A DNA stretch of 64,000 nt from an uncultured delta proteobacterium (GCA_963827955.1 CAWHDJ010000018.1:1053297-1117296), one strand, 5' to 3'. Shown: positions 11,617 to 22,148, counted from the stretch's first letter. A program made the numbers and translations. Notes: a model not told the origin generated them from the letters alone.

Positions 11617-11735
11617 CCGGTCCTCCTGCCGCGTGGGGCGCCTCGGGAGCGTCCGGAGTTTCAGCCCCGATCACGGACGGGCAGATGATGGACAAGCGCA
11701 CCTACCGCGATGGATGGGTAGAAGGGAGCGAACCC

Positions 11736-13046
11736 ATGACCTACCGCGCTGCCATCCCCGACCGTCTCTATCTCTGCCCCGCCTGCGGCGCCCCGGAGAA
11801 TGCGCCCATCCAGGGAGGACGGGTTGCCTGCACGCAGTGCCGCGCGAGCCACGTGCTGGCCGACCGCACCACCCTTCCCACGCATCCTGCCGTGTTCGAG
11901 ATGCCCCCGAACGATCCGGTGCGCCTCCAGTACCTCCGCGCGCAGGACGGGCGCCCGCGCCAAGTCCCGCCGACGCTCCAGGCGGTGCTGGGCGGGACGA
12001 GCGTACAGCCGGGCCGCGAGCAGGAGGCCCTCGCCATCTGGCAGTCGCTCCGCGCGCGGTCGCAGCGGGGTGACGTCGCGGCGAGCGAGGATCTCACGAC
12101 GCTCACGTTGATCCTCGTCCAGATGCCCTCGACGCGGCCCGAGCTCTGCGACGCGCTCTCGGAGAGCGCGTTCGACGCGGCGGTGCTACCGCGCCACCAG
12201 CAGGAGATGCTCGGCCGCCTCGCACGCGCCGCGATCGCGCGCGGGGATCGCGACCGCGCGCAGCGCTACCTCTCCTGGATGGCGCCGTGGTCGCCCGAGC
12301 TGGACATGGACAGCGAGCTTCGCCTCTCTGCCGCCGCGCTGGCGACCCTAGATCGCGATGGCCGGCGCGTGCTCGCCCTGCTCGGCGGACAGAAGGACGC
12401 GATCCCGATCGCCGACTCGATGGACGCGCTCGCCACAGTCTTCCGGGCCAACGCTTACGAGATGCTGGGCGACCCCGAAACCGCCGCACGTACCCTCCGC
12501 GAGCTGCCCGAGGCGAGGATGCTGCCGCTCGTGTGCAACGCCTTCTCGTCCTTGCGTCTCTGCCAGCAGTCGGCATCGGCGTACACCGCAGCCACGACTC
12601 ACGAGGCGGCGCGCCGTGCTGCATCGAGTGCGGAAGGTTTCGGCTTGATGTTCGGCGTCATTCTCGTTCTCACCGCGCTGCTCCAGGTGCCGTTCGCCTT
12701 CGTGGGCCGCCGCGCGAGCTACGTCAACCTCGTGATTGGCGCGATCATGGCGCTCGTCGGCGTCGCCGTCGCGGCACGCGCACAGGTCAAGGGCAAGCAC
12801 GCGGCGTGGCTGCGAGTGCATGGCCTCTCCCTCGCTGCGCGCATCCTGAGCGTTGAACCCACCGGCACGCGGATCAACAACGTGCCCATGTGCCGCGTCA
12901 GAGTCGAGGTCGCCGGCCCCGATGGGCCCTACTCGACCAGCTTCGACAAGCTGGTGCCGGAGCACCAGCTCGCGATGTTGGCCGGCGGAGACGTTCGCGT
13001 GCGAGCCAACCCGGGCAACCTCCAGGAGGTCATCCTCGAGGAGTGA
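11736..13046 (+). CDS. Hypothetical protein with a zinc-ribbon N-terminus and C-terminal transmembrane helices.
   Basis: ORF 11685..13046. The N-terminus has CPACG...CTQC and there are two hydrophobic helices near the C-terminus (GLMFGVILVLTALLQVPFAF; LVIGAIMALVGVAVAA). The start was chosen at MTYRAAIPDRLYLCPACG, although the ORF opens at 11685 just 69 bp from the IS transposase start. Confidence 0.45.
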   Translation: MTYRAAIPDRLYLCPACGAPENAPIQGGRVACTQCRASHVLADRTTLPTHPAVFEMPPNDPVRLQYLRAQDGRPRQVPPTLQAVLGGTSVQPGREQEALAIWQSLRARSQRGDVAASEDLTTLTLILVQMPSTRPELCDALSESAFDAAVLPRHQQEMLGRLARAAIARGDRDRAQRYLSWMAPWSPELDMDSELRLSAAALATLDRDGRRVLALLGGQKDAIPIADSMDALATVFRANAYEMLGDPETAARTLRELPEARMLPLVCNAFSSLRLCQQSASAYTAATTHEAARRAASSAEGFGLMFGVILVLTALLQVPFAFVGRRASYVNLVIGAIMALVGVAVAARAQVKGKHAAWLRVHGLSLAARILSVEPTGTRINNVPMCRVRVEVAGPDGPYSTSFDKLVPEHQLAMLAGGDVRVRANPGNLQEVILEE

Positions 13047-13392
13047 AGGCTGGGGACCGACCCCATCGGCCGCAAGGTGGCCCCGCTCCTCACTACGCGC
13101 ACCCCGCCTGCCGACGGTCTAACGCAACGCGACACGCTCGCCGCATTAGGCGTGCGCAGCGCCCACAGCCCGCAGCCACGGCCGCTTCCATCGACCATCA
13201 GGAACCGCTCTGGTCGCGCATCCGCACGCTCTCCCGGGCCCGGCGCCACGTACGAGAACGCCTCGCGCGTCGATTTCCCTAAAAAAAGACGGACACCGGG
13301 AAGGGCCCTACAGCGATGGACGGGTAGAGGCGGTGAAAGGACCGGACCGGCGCCCCGGGGGGGGCGGCGCTTTGCCCGGAGAAGGTGACCCC

Positions 13393-15688
13393 ATGCACGA
13401 CGTCTTCAAAATCAGCTCCCCCGCGCTACCCAAGGACACGGGTGTGGTCGGCTTCCGCGGCTCGGAGGGTATCTCCCGGCTCTACGCGTTCGAGATCCAC
13501 CTGGCGCTCGCCCCTGGCGACGCGGATGCCTTCGAGCTCCCCTCGCGCCGTGGGCGCCAAGGGCACCCTCACCGTCGACCGGCACGACGGCCGCCCGCCA
13601 TTCGCCTTCCACGGCATCTTCGCCGAGGCGACGCTCGTCCACCAGGAGCCCGACGGCCGCGCCTTCCTCCGGGCCGTCCTGGTGCCGCGCCTCTGGCAGC
13701 TCACGCAGTCGCTGCACAGCCGCATCTTCACCCAGCAGTCCATCCCCGACATCCTGAAGAAGACGCTGGAGGATGGCGGGCTCACCTCCTCTGACTTCAG
13801 CTTCCAGCTCACCGGCCAGTACGCCACGGAGGAGCACGTCTGCCAGTACCGCGAGAGCGGCTTCGCCTTCTTCTCGCGGTGGATGGAGCGGGAGGGCCTC
13901 TACTACTTCTTCGAGCACGGCGACGACGGGGAGAAGCTCATCATCGCCGACGACAAGTCCGCGCACGAGGGTCTGGTGCCCAAGCCGGTGCGGTACTTTC
14001 CCCTTCTCGGGCATGACATGAGCGCTGGGGAGTGCCTGCACACCTTCCTGTGCCGGCAGCGAGCGCTTCCGGCCAGCGTGACCTTCAAGGACTACGACCA
14101 CGCGAAGCCCTCGCTCGACGTCTCCGGAACGGCGCCCGTATCCGCGACGGGCGCCGGCGAGGTGCACGTCCACGGCGCGCGATTTTTCACGCCCGACGAC
14201 GGCAAGCGCCTCGCCAAGCTTCGCGCGGAGGAGATGCTCGCCCGCCAACAGGTATTCACCGGGACCGGCACCGCGCTCTACCTGCGGTCGGGCTACACGT
14301 TCGACCTGACCGATCACCCGCGGGCTGCCTTCGACGCGACGTACCTCGTGACCGAGGTGGAGCACTTCGGTAACCAGGCGGCCAGGACCCCGGAGATGCT
14401 CAGGCTCACGGGGCTCGCGGAGGTGGCGGAGGACGAGGTGTACCGCGCCGAGGTCACGGCCATCCCCGCTACCGTGCAGTTCCGGGCAGAGCCGCGAGCG
14501 GTCTGGCCGCGGATTTATGGCACCGAGCACGGCACGGTGGACGGGGAGGCCGACAGCGAGTACGCGCAGCTCGACGACCATGGGCGTTACCTCGTCCGGT
14601 TCGCGTTCGACGAGAGCGACCTGGCCGATGGGAAGGCGTCGACCCGCGTCCGGATGATGCAGCCTCACGGCGGCGGGGTCGAAGGCTGGCACTTCCCGCT
14701 GCGAAAGGGGACGGAGGTGCTGTTCACGTTTCTGGGCGGGGACCCAGACCGACCCGTAATCGCGGGCGTCGTGCCGAACACGGAGAAGCCGAGCCCGGTG
14801 ACGAAGGCGAACCAGACACGGAACGTGATCCAGACGGGCGGGCGCAACAGGCTCGAGATCGAGGACAAGAAGGGGTTCGAGCGGATCACGTGGACCACTC
14901 CGTTCGCGAACACGATGATCCGCATGGGCTCACCGAACGCCGACCACGAGATGATCATCCGGACCGACGGCGCCACGCAGCTCGACGCAGGGCAGGATTG
15001 GGATGTCACTGTTGGCGGACACCTGTTCGAGCATGTGACCGGCCCGGTCGCCGAGAACTATGACACCGGGCATGGGACGACGATCAAGGGCGGTCGAATC
15101 CAGAACGTGACGTCGGGCGGGATGACCACCGACGTCGTTGGTGGCTGGTCCCACACGGTGGACGGTGGGGGCAAAATGGACATCGACGGCGGCTTCAAGG
15201 TGAACGTCACCGGCGACGCGATCACGACCGTGAGCGCTGACGCGGAGACCTTCGTAGGTGCCAACGAGGCGCACGTCGTCGGCGGCACCGCGACGCACAT
15301 CGTCTGCGGCTCGGTATTCCAGAACTACGGCCCAGTGACGGCTGTGTGCGCGAGCCTAGACTGGAGCATCCCCGGCGGCGCGACGGTCCACACGCCAAAG
15401 TGGGAGGTCCAGTCGCCCGAGAAGAACTGGCTCACGGCGCAGGGCATCGAGACGAAGGGCATCAACAAGGAACTCACTGGCCTCAGCTTCGAGACCACTG
15501 GGGTCCTGGTCGAAAGCGTCGGCGGTCACGTGGAGAACGTCGGTCTGCACGTCGAGACCATCGCTCTTCACTTCGAGACCGTCGGAATGCACGGAGCCAA
15601 CAAGCCGATCGAACTCGAAAGCCTCGGCACGTACGTGGGCCAACTCGGCGCGCACATCAAGTCGGCCGTGCTTCACGTGCTCAAGTGA
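13393..15688 (+). CDS. vgrG: Type VI secretion spike protein VgrG (TssI), with a frameshift near 13545.
   Basis: N-terminus MHDVFKISSPALPKDTGVVGFRGSEGISRLYAFEIHLAL in ORF 13333..13794 continues in ORF 13385..15688 with FFSRWMEREGLYYFFEHGDDGEKLIIADD, the gp27-like VgrG hallmark. A Gly-rich gp5-like beta-helical C-terminus is present (GGHLFEHVTG...GGRIQNVTSGG...). Confidence 0.85.
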
Positions 15689-15704
15689 AGGTGCGAGGCA
15701 CGTC

Positions 15705-18330
15705 ATGAAGGTCATCAAGCCCATCAAGCTCCCGATTCTCACCCGCATTGTAGAGCGCGCCCATAAGCCGGAAGCTCCACGTTGCCGCCATGCTCGGCTT
15801 CTCGCTTGACGCCCCCCGCGCCCTCCTCGACGAGATGGCCTTCTGGTCCACGGTGGCCGACGCGCTCGGCGCCTCGGGCGTGGTGGACGAGGGGTTCGCG
15901 AAGTGCCGGGGCGAGCTGCTCGTCGCCGGAAGCTTCTTCGCACCGGACGGGATGCCGCTGGCTGCCTCGTACGTCCGCACGAGGGTCGGCGCGGCGGACA
16001 AGCGCCTCGCAGTTGTCGGCAACCGCCTATGGAAAGACCATGCCGCGACCGATCCGGAGCCGATGGTGTCGATGCCGATCGACTGGGCGCACGCGTTCGG
16101 CGGTCCGCGCTTCGACCGGAACCCCTACGGCAAGGGCATCGACCCGCTGGTGAGCGGGGGGCTGGCGATCCCGCTCCCCAACGTCGACCACTACGGCGCG
16201 ATTACGCGCTCACCGGCCGACCGCGGCCAGCCCGCCGGCTTCCTGCCGATGGACGTCACCTTCGCCCAACGGCGGGCGCGCGCGGGGACGTACGATCAAC
16301 ACTGGCTCGACGAGCACTTCCCGGGCCTAGCCGCGGACGCAGCGCCGACCTTCTTCAACGTCGCGCCCGAGGATCAGTGGATCGAAGGCTTCTTTCGCGG
16401 CGATGAGGAAATCCTCGTCGAGAACATGCACCCCGAGCGTCCCCGTATCGAGGGCCGGCTCCCGGGCCTCGCCGCGCGCTGCTTCGTCACCCAGCGCGTG
16501 CCCGAGGGTGAGCGCTTCGTCGAGGTCCCGCTCCGCTGGGACACGGTCTGGCTCTTTCCCTCAGCCGCGGCCGCAGTCGTTATCGCGCACGGTACGCACG
16601 CGGTCTCCGAGGACGACGCCGCGGACGTGGTGCACCTGATCTGTGGGTGCGAGGACCCGACGTCGCAGCGGCCGGCGGAGCATTACCAGCAGGCGCTCGC
16701 ACGCCGCCTCGACAAGGACAAGGGCGCCCTCGCCGGGCTCTCGGACAGTGACCTGATGCCGCCGCGCGCGTCGGGCGTGGCTCCGAATATCGGCGAAATC
16801 GACATCGCGCGGTGGGTGAAGAGCGAGGGCCTGCACGCGAAGAACATGCGGCGGGGCGCACAGCGGACGCGCGCGGAGGTGAGGGCGATGGTCGAGGCAA
16901 ACGGGCTCGACCCGAAGGACTACGGACTCGGCGAACCTCTGCCCGAGCTAGAAGAGCCGCCGGTCGACGACCTCGATGCGCTGGCGGCCTACATGGAGGC
17001 GCAATCGGCGCGTGCGGACGCGATGCTCGCGGAGGCCAGGGACAAGGAGGCGAACGCGCAGGAGGACGTACGGAGGAAGTGCGCGGAGATGGGGGTCGAC
17101 CTCGACGCGATGATGGCGGAGGGAAAGAAGGGGGGCGTGGGGCCGCCGAAGCTCGACGCCGCGACCGAGGTCGAGAGGCTGCGCGATGTAGGCGTGAGAG
17201 GTGCGGAGGTCGACGCACTCAAGGCCGACGTGCGGCGGCAGGAGCAGGGCCTGATCGAGATGTACCGGCGCTTCGGGCACATGCAGCCCGCTGCGACCGC
17301 CATGGATCCGGAGGCGGCGGCGCGGCTGCGGGTGCTCGTCGCGCTCGCGATCGAGACCGGAGAGAGCCTCGCAGGGCGGGACTTTACGGGCGCGAACCTC
17401 TCCGGAATGCGCCTTGGCCACGTCGATCTCGCAGGGGCCTTCCTCGAAGCGGCCGACCTCTCGGACTGCTGGCTCGGCGACGCGAATCTGGAGGGCGCCG
17501 TGCTCGCGAAGGCGACCCTGCGGGGCGCCAGTCTCTTCAGAGCGAGGCTGCGTAGCGCGAATCTCGGCGGCGCTGTGCTCTGCGATGCGGTGTTCGAGCA
17601 CGCGGATCTCACCGATGCCGTGCTGAGCGAGGCCGACCTTGCCGGCGCGCGGTTCGCGGGCGCGACGCTCACGGGCGCGGATTGGATCGAGGCGAAGCTC
17701 GCCGGGGTGGACTTCTCCGGCGCCGTGCTGAGTCAGTGCAACCTGATCAAGGCGGACCTGCGCGGCACGCGCTTTACCCGTGCGGACCTGTCCGACGCGA
17801 ACCTCGTCGAGTGCACACTCGACGGGGCGGACTTCTCGGGCGCCAAGCTGGTGAAGACTACGTTCGTGGGATGCAAGGGTGAAGGAGTGTCGTTTCGCGA
17901 GGCGAATGTCCGGCAGGGGGTCCTCGTGCACGGCTCCTCCTTCGTGCGCGCCGACTTCCGCGATGCAGACATGGAGAAGGCCAACCTCCGGGGGACCGCC
18001 CTCGCGGGAGCGCACCTCGACCGGGCGAACCTCACCGGCGCGGACCTCTCCGAATGCGATGCCACTGGGGCCACCTTCGAGCGCGCAGTCCTCAAGGGGG
18101 CGCTCATGATTCGCACCGGCCTCGTCGACGTAACGCTGCGGGGCGCGAACCTGATGGATGCCCTCGCGTCCAAGGCTCGGCTCGCCGGGGCCGACTTCTC
18201 GGGGGCCAACCTCTTCCGCGCAGACCTCTCCCGTGTGGTCGGTGATGAACGGACGACGTTCGCCGAGGCGGAGCTGGGTCACGTGCGGCTCCTCCCGAAG
18301 GCCAACGTGCATCCCGGAGGTGCCCGATGA
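15705..18330 (+). CDS. DUF2169-like N-terminal domain fused to a long pentapeptide-repeat C-terminus. This is a T6SS accessory or adaptor candidate, with a frameshift near 15770.
   Basis: ATG at 15705 gives MKVIKPIKLPILTRIVER..., a DUF2169-type start. It is then out of frame with ORF 15790..18330. The C-terminal approximately 350 aa are A(D/N)LxGA-type pentapeptide repeats (ANLSGMRLGHVDLAGAFLEAADLSDCWLGDANLEGAVLAKATLRGASLF...). Confidence 0.75.
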
Positions 18331-19424
18331 ACCGCGATCTGCTCATGGACAAGGTGCGGCACGGCGAGCCCATCCGCCGCATGGATCTCTCGCATGTCGA
18401 TCTCGAAGGCGCCGATCTTTCCGGGGCCGTGTTCGAGGAGGTCCGCTTCCCGAAGGCGCTTCACGGGGCGCTGCTCAAGGAATCGGTCTTCGTGTCGTGC
18501 GACTTCACGGAATGCGACCTAGCCGGCGCGGACCTGCACCTCGCCACCGTGTATCGCTCGAAGCTCGACGGTGCGCTCTTCGATGCGGCCAAGCTGATCG
18601 CGGCGAGCTTTGTCGAGAGCAGCGCTGACGGCGCTTCGCTCACAAGCGTCGAGGCCCCGATCGCGAGCTGGGTGAAGACCTCGCTCCGACGCGCGTCGTT
18701 CGTGGGCTCGAACCTCGACCGAGCGAACCTCGTGGAGATCGACGCCGAGGATGCAGTGTTCACGAACGCCAACCTGGAGAAAGCGACGCTCTACCAGGCC
18801 GACCTGCGCACGACCGACCTCGCGGGCGCGAACCTCACGCTCACGACGCTGGTCGAGGCCAAACTGGGGCCGAAGTCCTTCTCCGGCATCCGGCTCTTCC
18901 GGACGCAGTTCATGAAGAGCGACCTCGCGGGCGCCAGCTTCGCAGGCGTCGACTGCACGCAGTGCAACTTCATGGCGGCGGACCTCCAGGGGGCGACGTT
19001 CGAGCGGGCCACGGGGCCGCAGTGCTTCTTCGGCGAGGCGAAGCTCCAAGGTGCGAGGCTCGTCGGCGGCGACTTCCGCCAGGCCGTGTTCGAGAAGGCG
19101 GACCTCTCGAAGGCGGATCTCTCTGGCGCGATGCTCGAGGAGGCGTACTTCGCGCTCGCCGTCGCCGTGGGAGCTCGCTTTCGCGACGCCAGGCTGCGAG
19201 AGGCGAACTTCTCTCACGCCGACGCCACGGCGGCCGACTTCTCCGGGGCGGCTCTCTTTCGGACGAGGTTCCACCGCGCGAAGCGCGACGGCGCCGCCCT
19301 CGCCGAGCTGGCGGGGTGGCTCGGCGATGACGAGAACCTCGCAAGGATCGAACGCTGGCAGCCGCAACACGGGGCGGCGCCTGATCGAGATGTGGACGGG
19401 CAAAGGAAAGGGTCGGAACGATGA
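18327..19424 (+). CDS. Pentapeptide-repeat protein associated with the T6SS module.
   Basis: Start overlaps the upstream stop (ATGA). Repeats include DLSHVDLEGADLSGAVFEEVRF, ANLEKATLYQADLRTTDLAGANLTL and ADLQGATFERA. Confidence 0.8.
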   Translation: MNRDLLMDKVRHGEPIRRMDLSHVDLEGADLSGAVFEEVRFPKALHGALLKESVFVSCDFTECDLAGADLHLATVYRSKLDGALFDAAKLIAASFVESSADGASLTSVEAPIASWVKTSLRRASFVGSNLDRANLVEIDAEDAVFTNANLEKATLYQADLRTTDLAGANLTLTTLVEAKLGPKSFSGIRLFRTQFMKSDLAGASFAGVDCTQCNFMAADLQGATFERATGPQCFFGEAKLQGARLVGGDFRQAVFEKADLSKADLSGAMLEEAYFALAVAVGARFRDARLREANFSHADATAADFSGAALFRTRFHRAKRDGAALAELAGWLGDDENLARIERWQPQHGAAPDRDVDGQRKGSER

Positions 19425-20065
19425 ACGCCGCGAAGAAGCTCGCTAGCACGGAGACGTACCTCGAGACCGGGACGGTGGAGCGCATCCTCAGCGGGACGGT
19501 CGAGGTGCGGCACGCCTCGGGAACCTGCCAAGCCCGGCGCGCGAAAGGTTGCCTCGTGCCTCCCGAGATCGGCGACACGGTGCTCTGCGCGCGAAGCGCG
19601 GAGGGCGCGTGGGTGCTCACCGTGTTGGAGGGCGAGGCGGGCGCGCCGACGCGGCTCGTCGGGGACGGCGACGTGCACATTCAGTCCCAGGGCGGCCGGG
19701 TCACGATCTCCTCGCCCGAGCGGGTCGACCTCGTGAGCGGCGGCGCCGTCGCGGTAAGCTCAGCCGAGCTCCACGTGCACGCCCGCAAGGGCTCCGTCGC
19801 CGTGGACGAGCTGGGCTTCCTCGGCAAGCTGGTGCGGGCGGAGGTGGCGAAGATCGTCGTGGTCGCCGAAGAGGTGGACTCCGTTCTCACGCGGCTGACC
19901 CAGCGGGCCAAGCGCGTCTTCCGCTTCGTCGAGGAGATCGACCAGACGCGCGCCGGCACCGTCGACATGCGCGCCCAGAACCTCGTCGGCATCCGCGGGG
20001 AGAACGCCGTGATCTCGGCGCGGGTGCTCGCCAAGATCGACGGTGAGCAGATCCACCTCGGCTGA
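19421..20065 (+). CDS. DUF3540-like protein, which commonly follows pentapeptide-repeat genes in vgrG islands.
   Basis: 214-aa ORF with overlapping start (ATGA). The call rests on gene context and size and was made from memory of the family, not from a search. Confidence 0.6.
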   Translation: MNAAKKLASTETYLETGTVERILSGTVEVRHASGTCQARRAKGCLVPPEIGDTVLCARSAEGAWVLTVLEGEAGAPTRLVGDGDVHIQSQGGRVTISSPERVDLVSGGAVAVSSAELHVHARKGSVAVDELGFLGKLVRAEVAKIVVVAEEVDSVLTRLTQRAKRVFRFVEEIDQTRAGTVDMRAQNLVGIRGENAVISARVLAKIDGEQIHLG

Positions 20066-20092
20066 GCGACGAGCAAGGAAGGAGGCTCCTCC

Positions 20093-20494
20093 ATGTTGGC
20101 GAAGACATCCGCTGGCGGGCTCTGCACCGCATTTCCGGACGTGTGCCTGACACCCGCACCGCCCGCGCCCGCGCCGGTCCCGATCCCCTACCCGAACATC
20201 GGCGCCAATCCCACCAACGTGAGCTTCGTGCCCAACGTGCTCCTGACGTGCGCCCCGGCGCACAACATGGGCACGCAGCCACCGATGACGAACGGTGACA
20301 ACGCCGGCCTGGCAACCGGCGTCGCCTCCGGGACCGTGATGGGCCCGGCGCGCACGGTGACCGCGGCGTTCACAGTTCTCGTCGGGGGCATGCCGCTCGC
20401 ACGGCTCACCAGCGTGACGATCCAGAACAACACGAACGCCCCCGGCGCCAAGGTCGTGCCCAGCGCCACCAACGTCCTCGTCCTGGCCCCGTGA
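20093..20494 (+). CDS. DUF4150 (PAAR-like) domain protein. It is a standalone 133 aa with no fused toxin domain.
   Basis: MLAKTSAGGLCTAFPDVCLTPAPPAPAPVPIPYPNIGAN..., the PAAR-like DUF4150 N-terminal signature. It ends 10 bp before the next ORF, which is in a different frame. Confidence 0.7.
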   Translation: MLAKTSAGGLCTAFPDVCLTPAPPAPAPVPIPYPNIGANPTNVSFVPNVLLTCAPAHNMGTQPPMTNGDNAGLATGVASGTVMGPARTVTAAFTVLVGGMPLARLTSVTIQNNTNAPGAKVVPSATNVLVLAP

Positions 20495-20504
20495 GAACGC
20501 GCAC

Positions 20505-21953
20505 ATGAACGAGCAGAACCGACAGCGGCTAGGGCGCATCGCCACGCGGCACACCCGTTGCGTGGCGCATGGGCAGAGCGAGACCGAGAGCGACGCGACG
20601 TTCATCGCCGAGTTCGGACGCGTCCGAGATGAAGTGCTGCGACCCGTCATGGATGAGGTGGGTCTCCAGCTCCAAACGGACGGGTACGAGTTTCGGATCG
20701 CCAATGGGGGCACCGAAGCATCGCCCGCGGTCGAGTTCCACGTCGTGATCCCGGGCCGCACCGACGCGAAGGACACGATCCGGCTTTTCGCGCACAAGGA
20801 CGCCTTGCGTGGCTGGCAGGTGATCGCCGAGATCGAGCTCAAGCGAAGCCCGATGGAGCTGGCTCGCTTTGACGCCGGCGACCCGATCACGCGGGACGTC
20901 GCCGAGCGGCTCATCGTGGACGCGACGGAGCAAGTGTTCGCGTCGGCGCTGTCGGCCCCGAGCCGAGAAGCAGAAGCGCGCGCAACGCCGTCGGAGTCGG
21001 TGTCACCGCGACCGCCGGTAGCGGACGTGGCTCCAGCGGCCACTGGCCCGCACCCTGCGGAGGGCGCAGTCGGCGCGCGCGCCCTCGTCCTCCAGCGGCT
21101 CCGTGCCGGCCGCCTTCTCTACGGTCTCAACCTCGTTGGCGCCGACCTCCACGGCATCGACTTTACGGACCGTATGATGCCCGCGCTCGACCTCCGAGAA
21201 GCGAACCTGAGCGGCTGCACCCTCGTCGGGGCGCGACTCGTCGCCGCACGGCTCGACGGCGCCGACCTCACCGACACGGACCTGACGCGCGCCGACCTCA
21301 CACGCGCCAACCTCATCGGCGCTACCCTGACGGGCGCCCGGCTCGACGGAGCCGTGCTCAGCGATACGGTGGGCTTGCAGCTCGCTCCCGCAGACGCTCC
21401 CGAGCCCGAGCCGGAGCCGGAGCCTCGCGCTGTAGAAGCGCCCGCGGAGCACGTCGACGTCTTCGCCGTGCCCGACAAGCCGCCTCCGCTGCCGCCCTTG
21501 CCCGCGGGCCCGGAGATCCGCTGGGCGGGTTGGGCTGGAGAGCAGCGCATGGGCGACACGGAGGAGGTGGACGTGCGGGTCTTCCAGCGACGCGCACTTC
21601 CCTTCGCTGAGGGGCCCCCGGCACCGGAGTTCTTTGCCGCTGCGGACGCCGCGAGAACGGAGCCGCGCGTCTCGCGACCCCCGGGAAACGAGACCGTGGC
21701 ACTGCCCGTGCTCCAGGTGCCCGACGAGCCGCTGACCGTGGAGCAGTACGCCGCGTTCTGCGCGGAGCTGTCGGTCTTTCCGGACGCTGCGGACAGCATC
21801 CATCGGCAGTACGGCGTGCCCGGCGCGGAAGCGCGTGGCCTCCTCGATGCGGCGTTCGCGCGACGGTTCGCCGCCGACCCGACGCTCGAGCGAAAGTGCC
21901 GCGCGCTGGTCCGGCACTACGAGGGCTGGTTCCGTCGCGAAGGTCCGCGGTAG
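20505..21953 (+). CDS. Unknown three-part protein with a novel N-terminal domain of about 150 aa, central pentapeptide repeats and a novel C-terminal domain of about 150 aa. It is a candidate T6SS cargo or immunity protein.
   Basis: Central repeats: LNLVGADLHGIDF...LREANLSGCTLVGARLVAARLDGADLTDTDLTRADLTRANLIGATLTGARLDGAVL. The flanking domains match nothing I recognise. Confidence 0.65.
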   Translation: MNEQNRQRLGRIATRHTRCVAHGQSETESDATFIAEFGRVRDEVLRPVMDEVGLQLQTDGYEFRIANGGTEASPAVEFHVVIPGRTDAKDTIRLFAHKDALRGWQVIAEIELKRSPMELARFDAGDPITRDVAERLIVDATEQVFASALSAPSREAEARATPSESVSPRPPVADVAPAATGPHPAEGAVGARALVLQRLRAGRLLYGLNLVGADLHGIDFTDRMMPALDLREANLSGCTLVGARLVAARLDGADLTDTDLTRADLTRANLIGATLTGARLDGAVLSDTVGLQLAPADAPEPEPEPEPRAVEAPAEHVDVFAVPDKPPPLPPLPAGPEIRWAGWAGEQRMGDTEEVDVRVFQRRALPFAEGPPAPEFFAAADAARTEPRVSRPPGNETVALPVLQVPDEPLTVEQYAAFCAELSVFPDAADSIHRQYGVPGAEARGLLDAAFARRFAADPTLERKCRALVRHYEGWFRREGPR

Positions 21954-22148
21954 CCGAACGGCTGCCGGCGCAACGCCCCACCATGACTTCAACGCCCCCT
22001 GCGGCAGGGGTGCGCAGAACTGCGCCCGAAGGGTCGCGAGCCCTCACGGGCCAAGGGACGCGGTGTGCTTCACGCGACCGGAGAGGGAGGAGTGGACGAT
22101 GATGAGCAGCGATCGAGCAAAGGCGATGGAACGACGCGGAGGCAGTCG

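Noticed and set aside
9269-11688. Plus-strand ORFs 9269..10006, 9450..10298 and 9997..11688 across the hypothetical gene and IS transposase.
   Set aside because: They are antisense to coding-like minus-strand genes and have Arg/Pro-rich composition.
13412-14692. 426-aa minus-strand ORF inside vgrG.
   Set aside because: Antisense of VgrG, and a high-GC no-stop artefact.
16948-18312. Minus-strand ORFs 16948..18312 and 16989..17672 inside the pentapeptide-repeat region.
   Set aside because: Antisense. Pentapeptide-repeat DNA is stop-poor on both strands.
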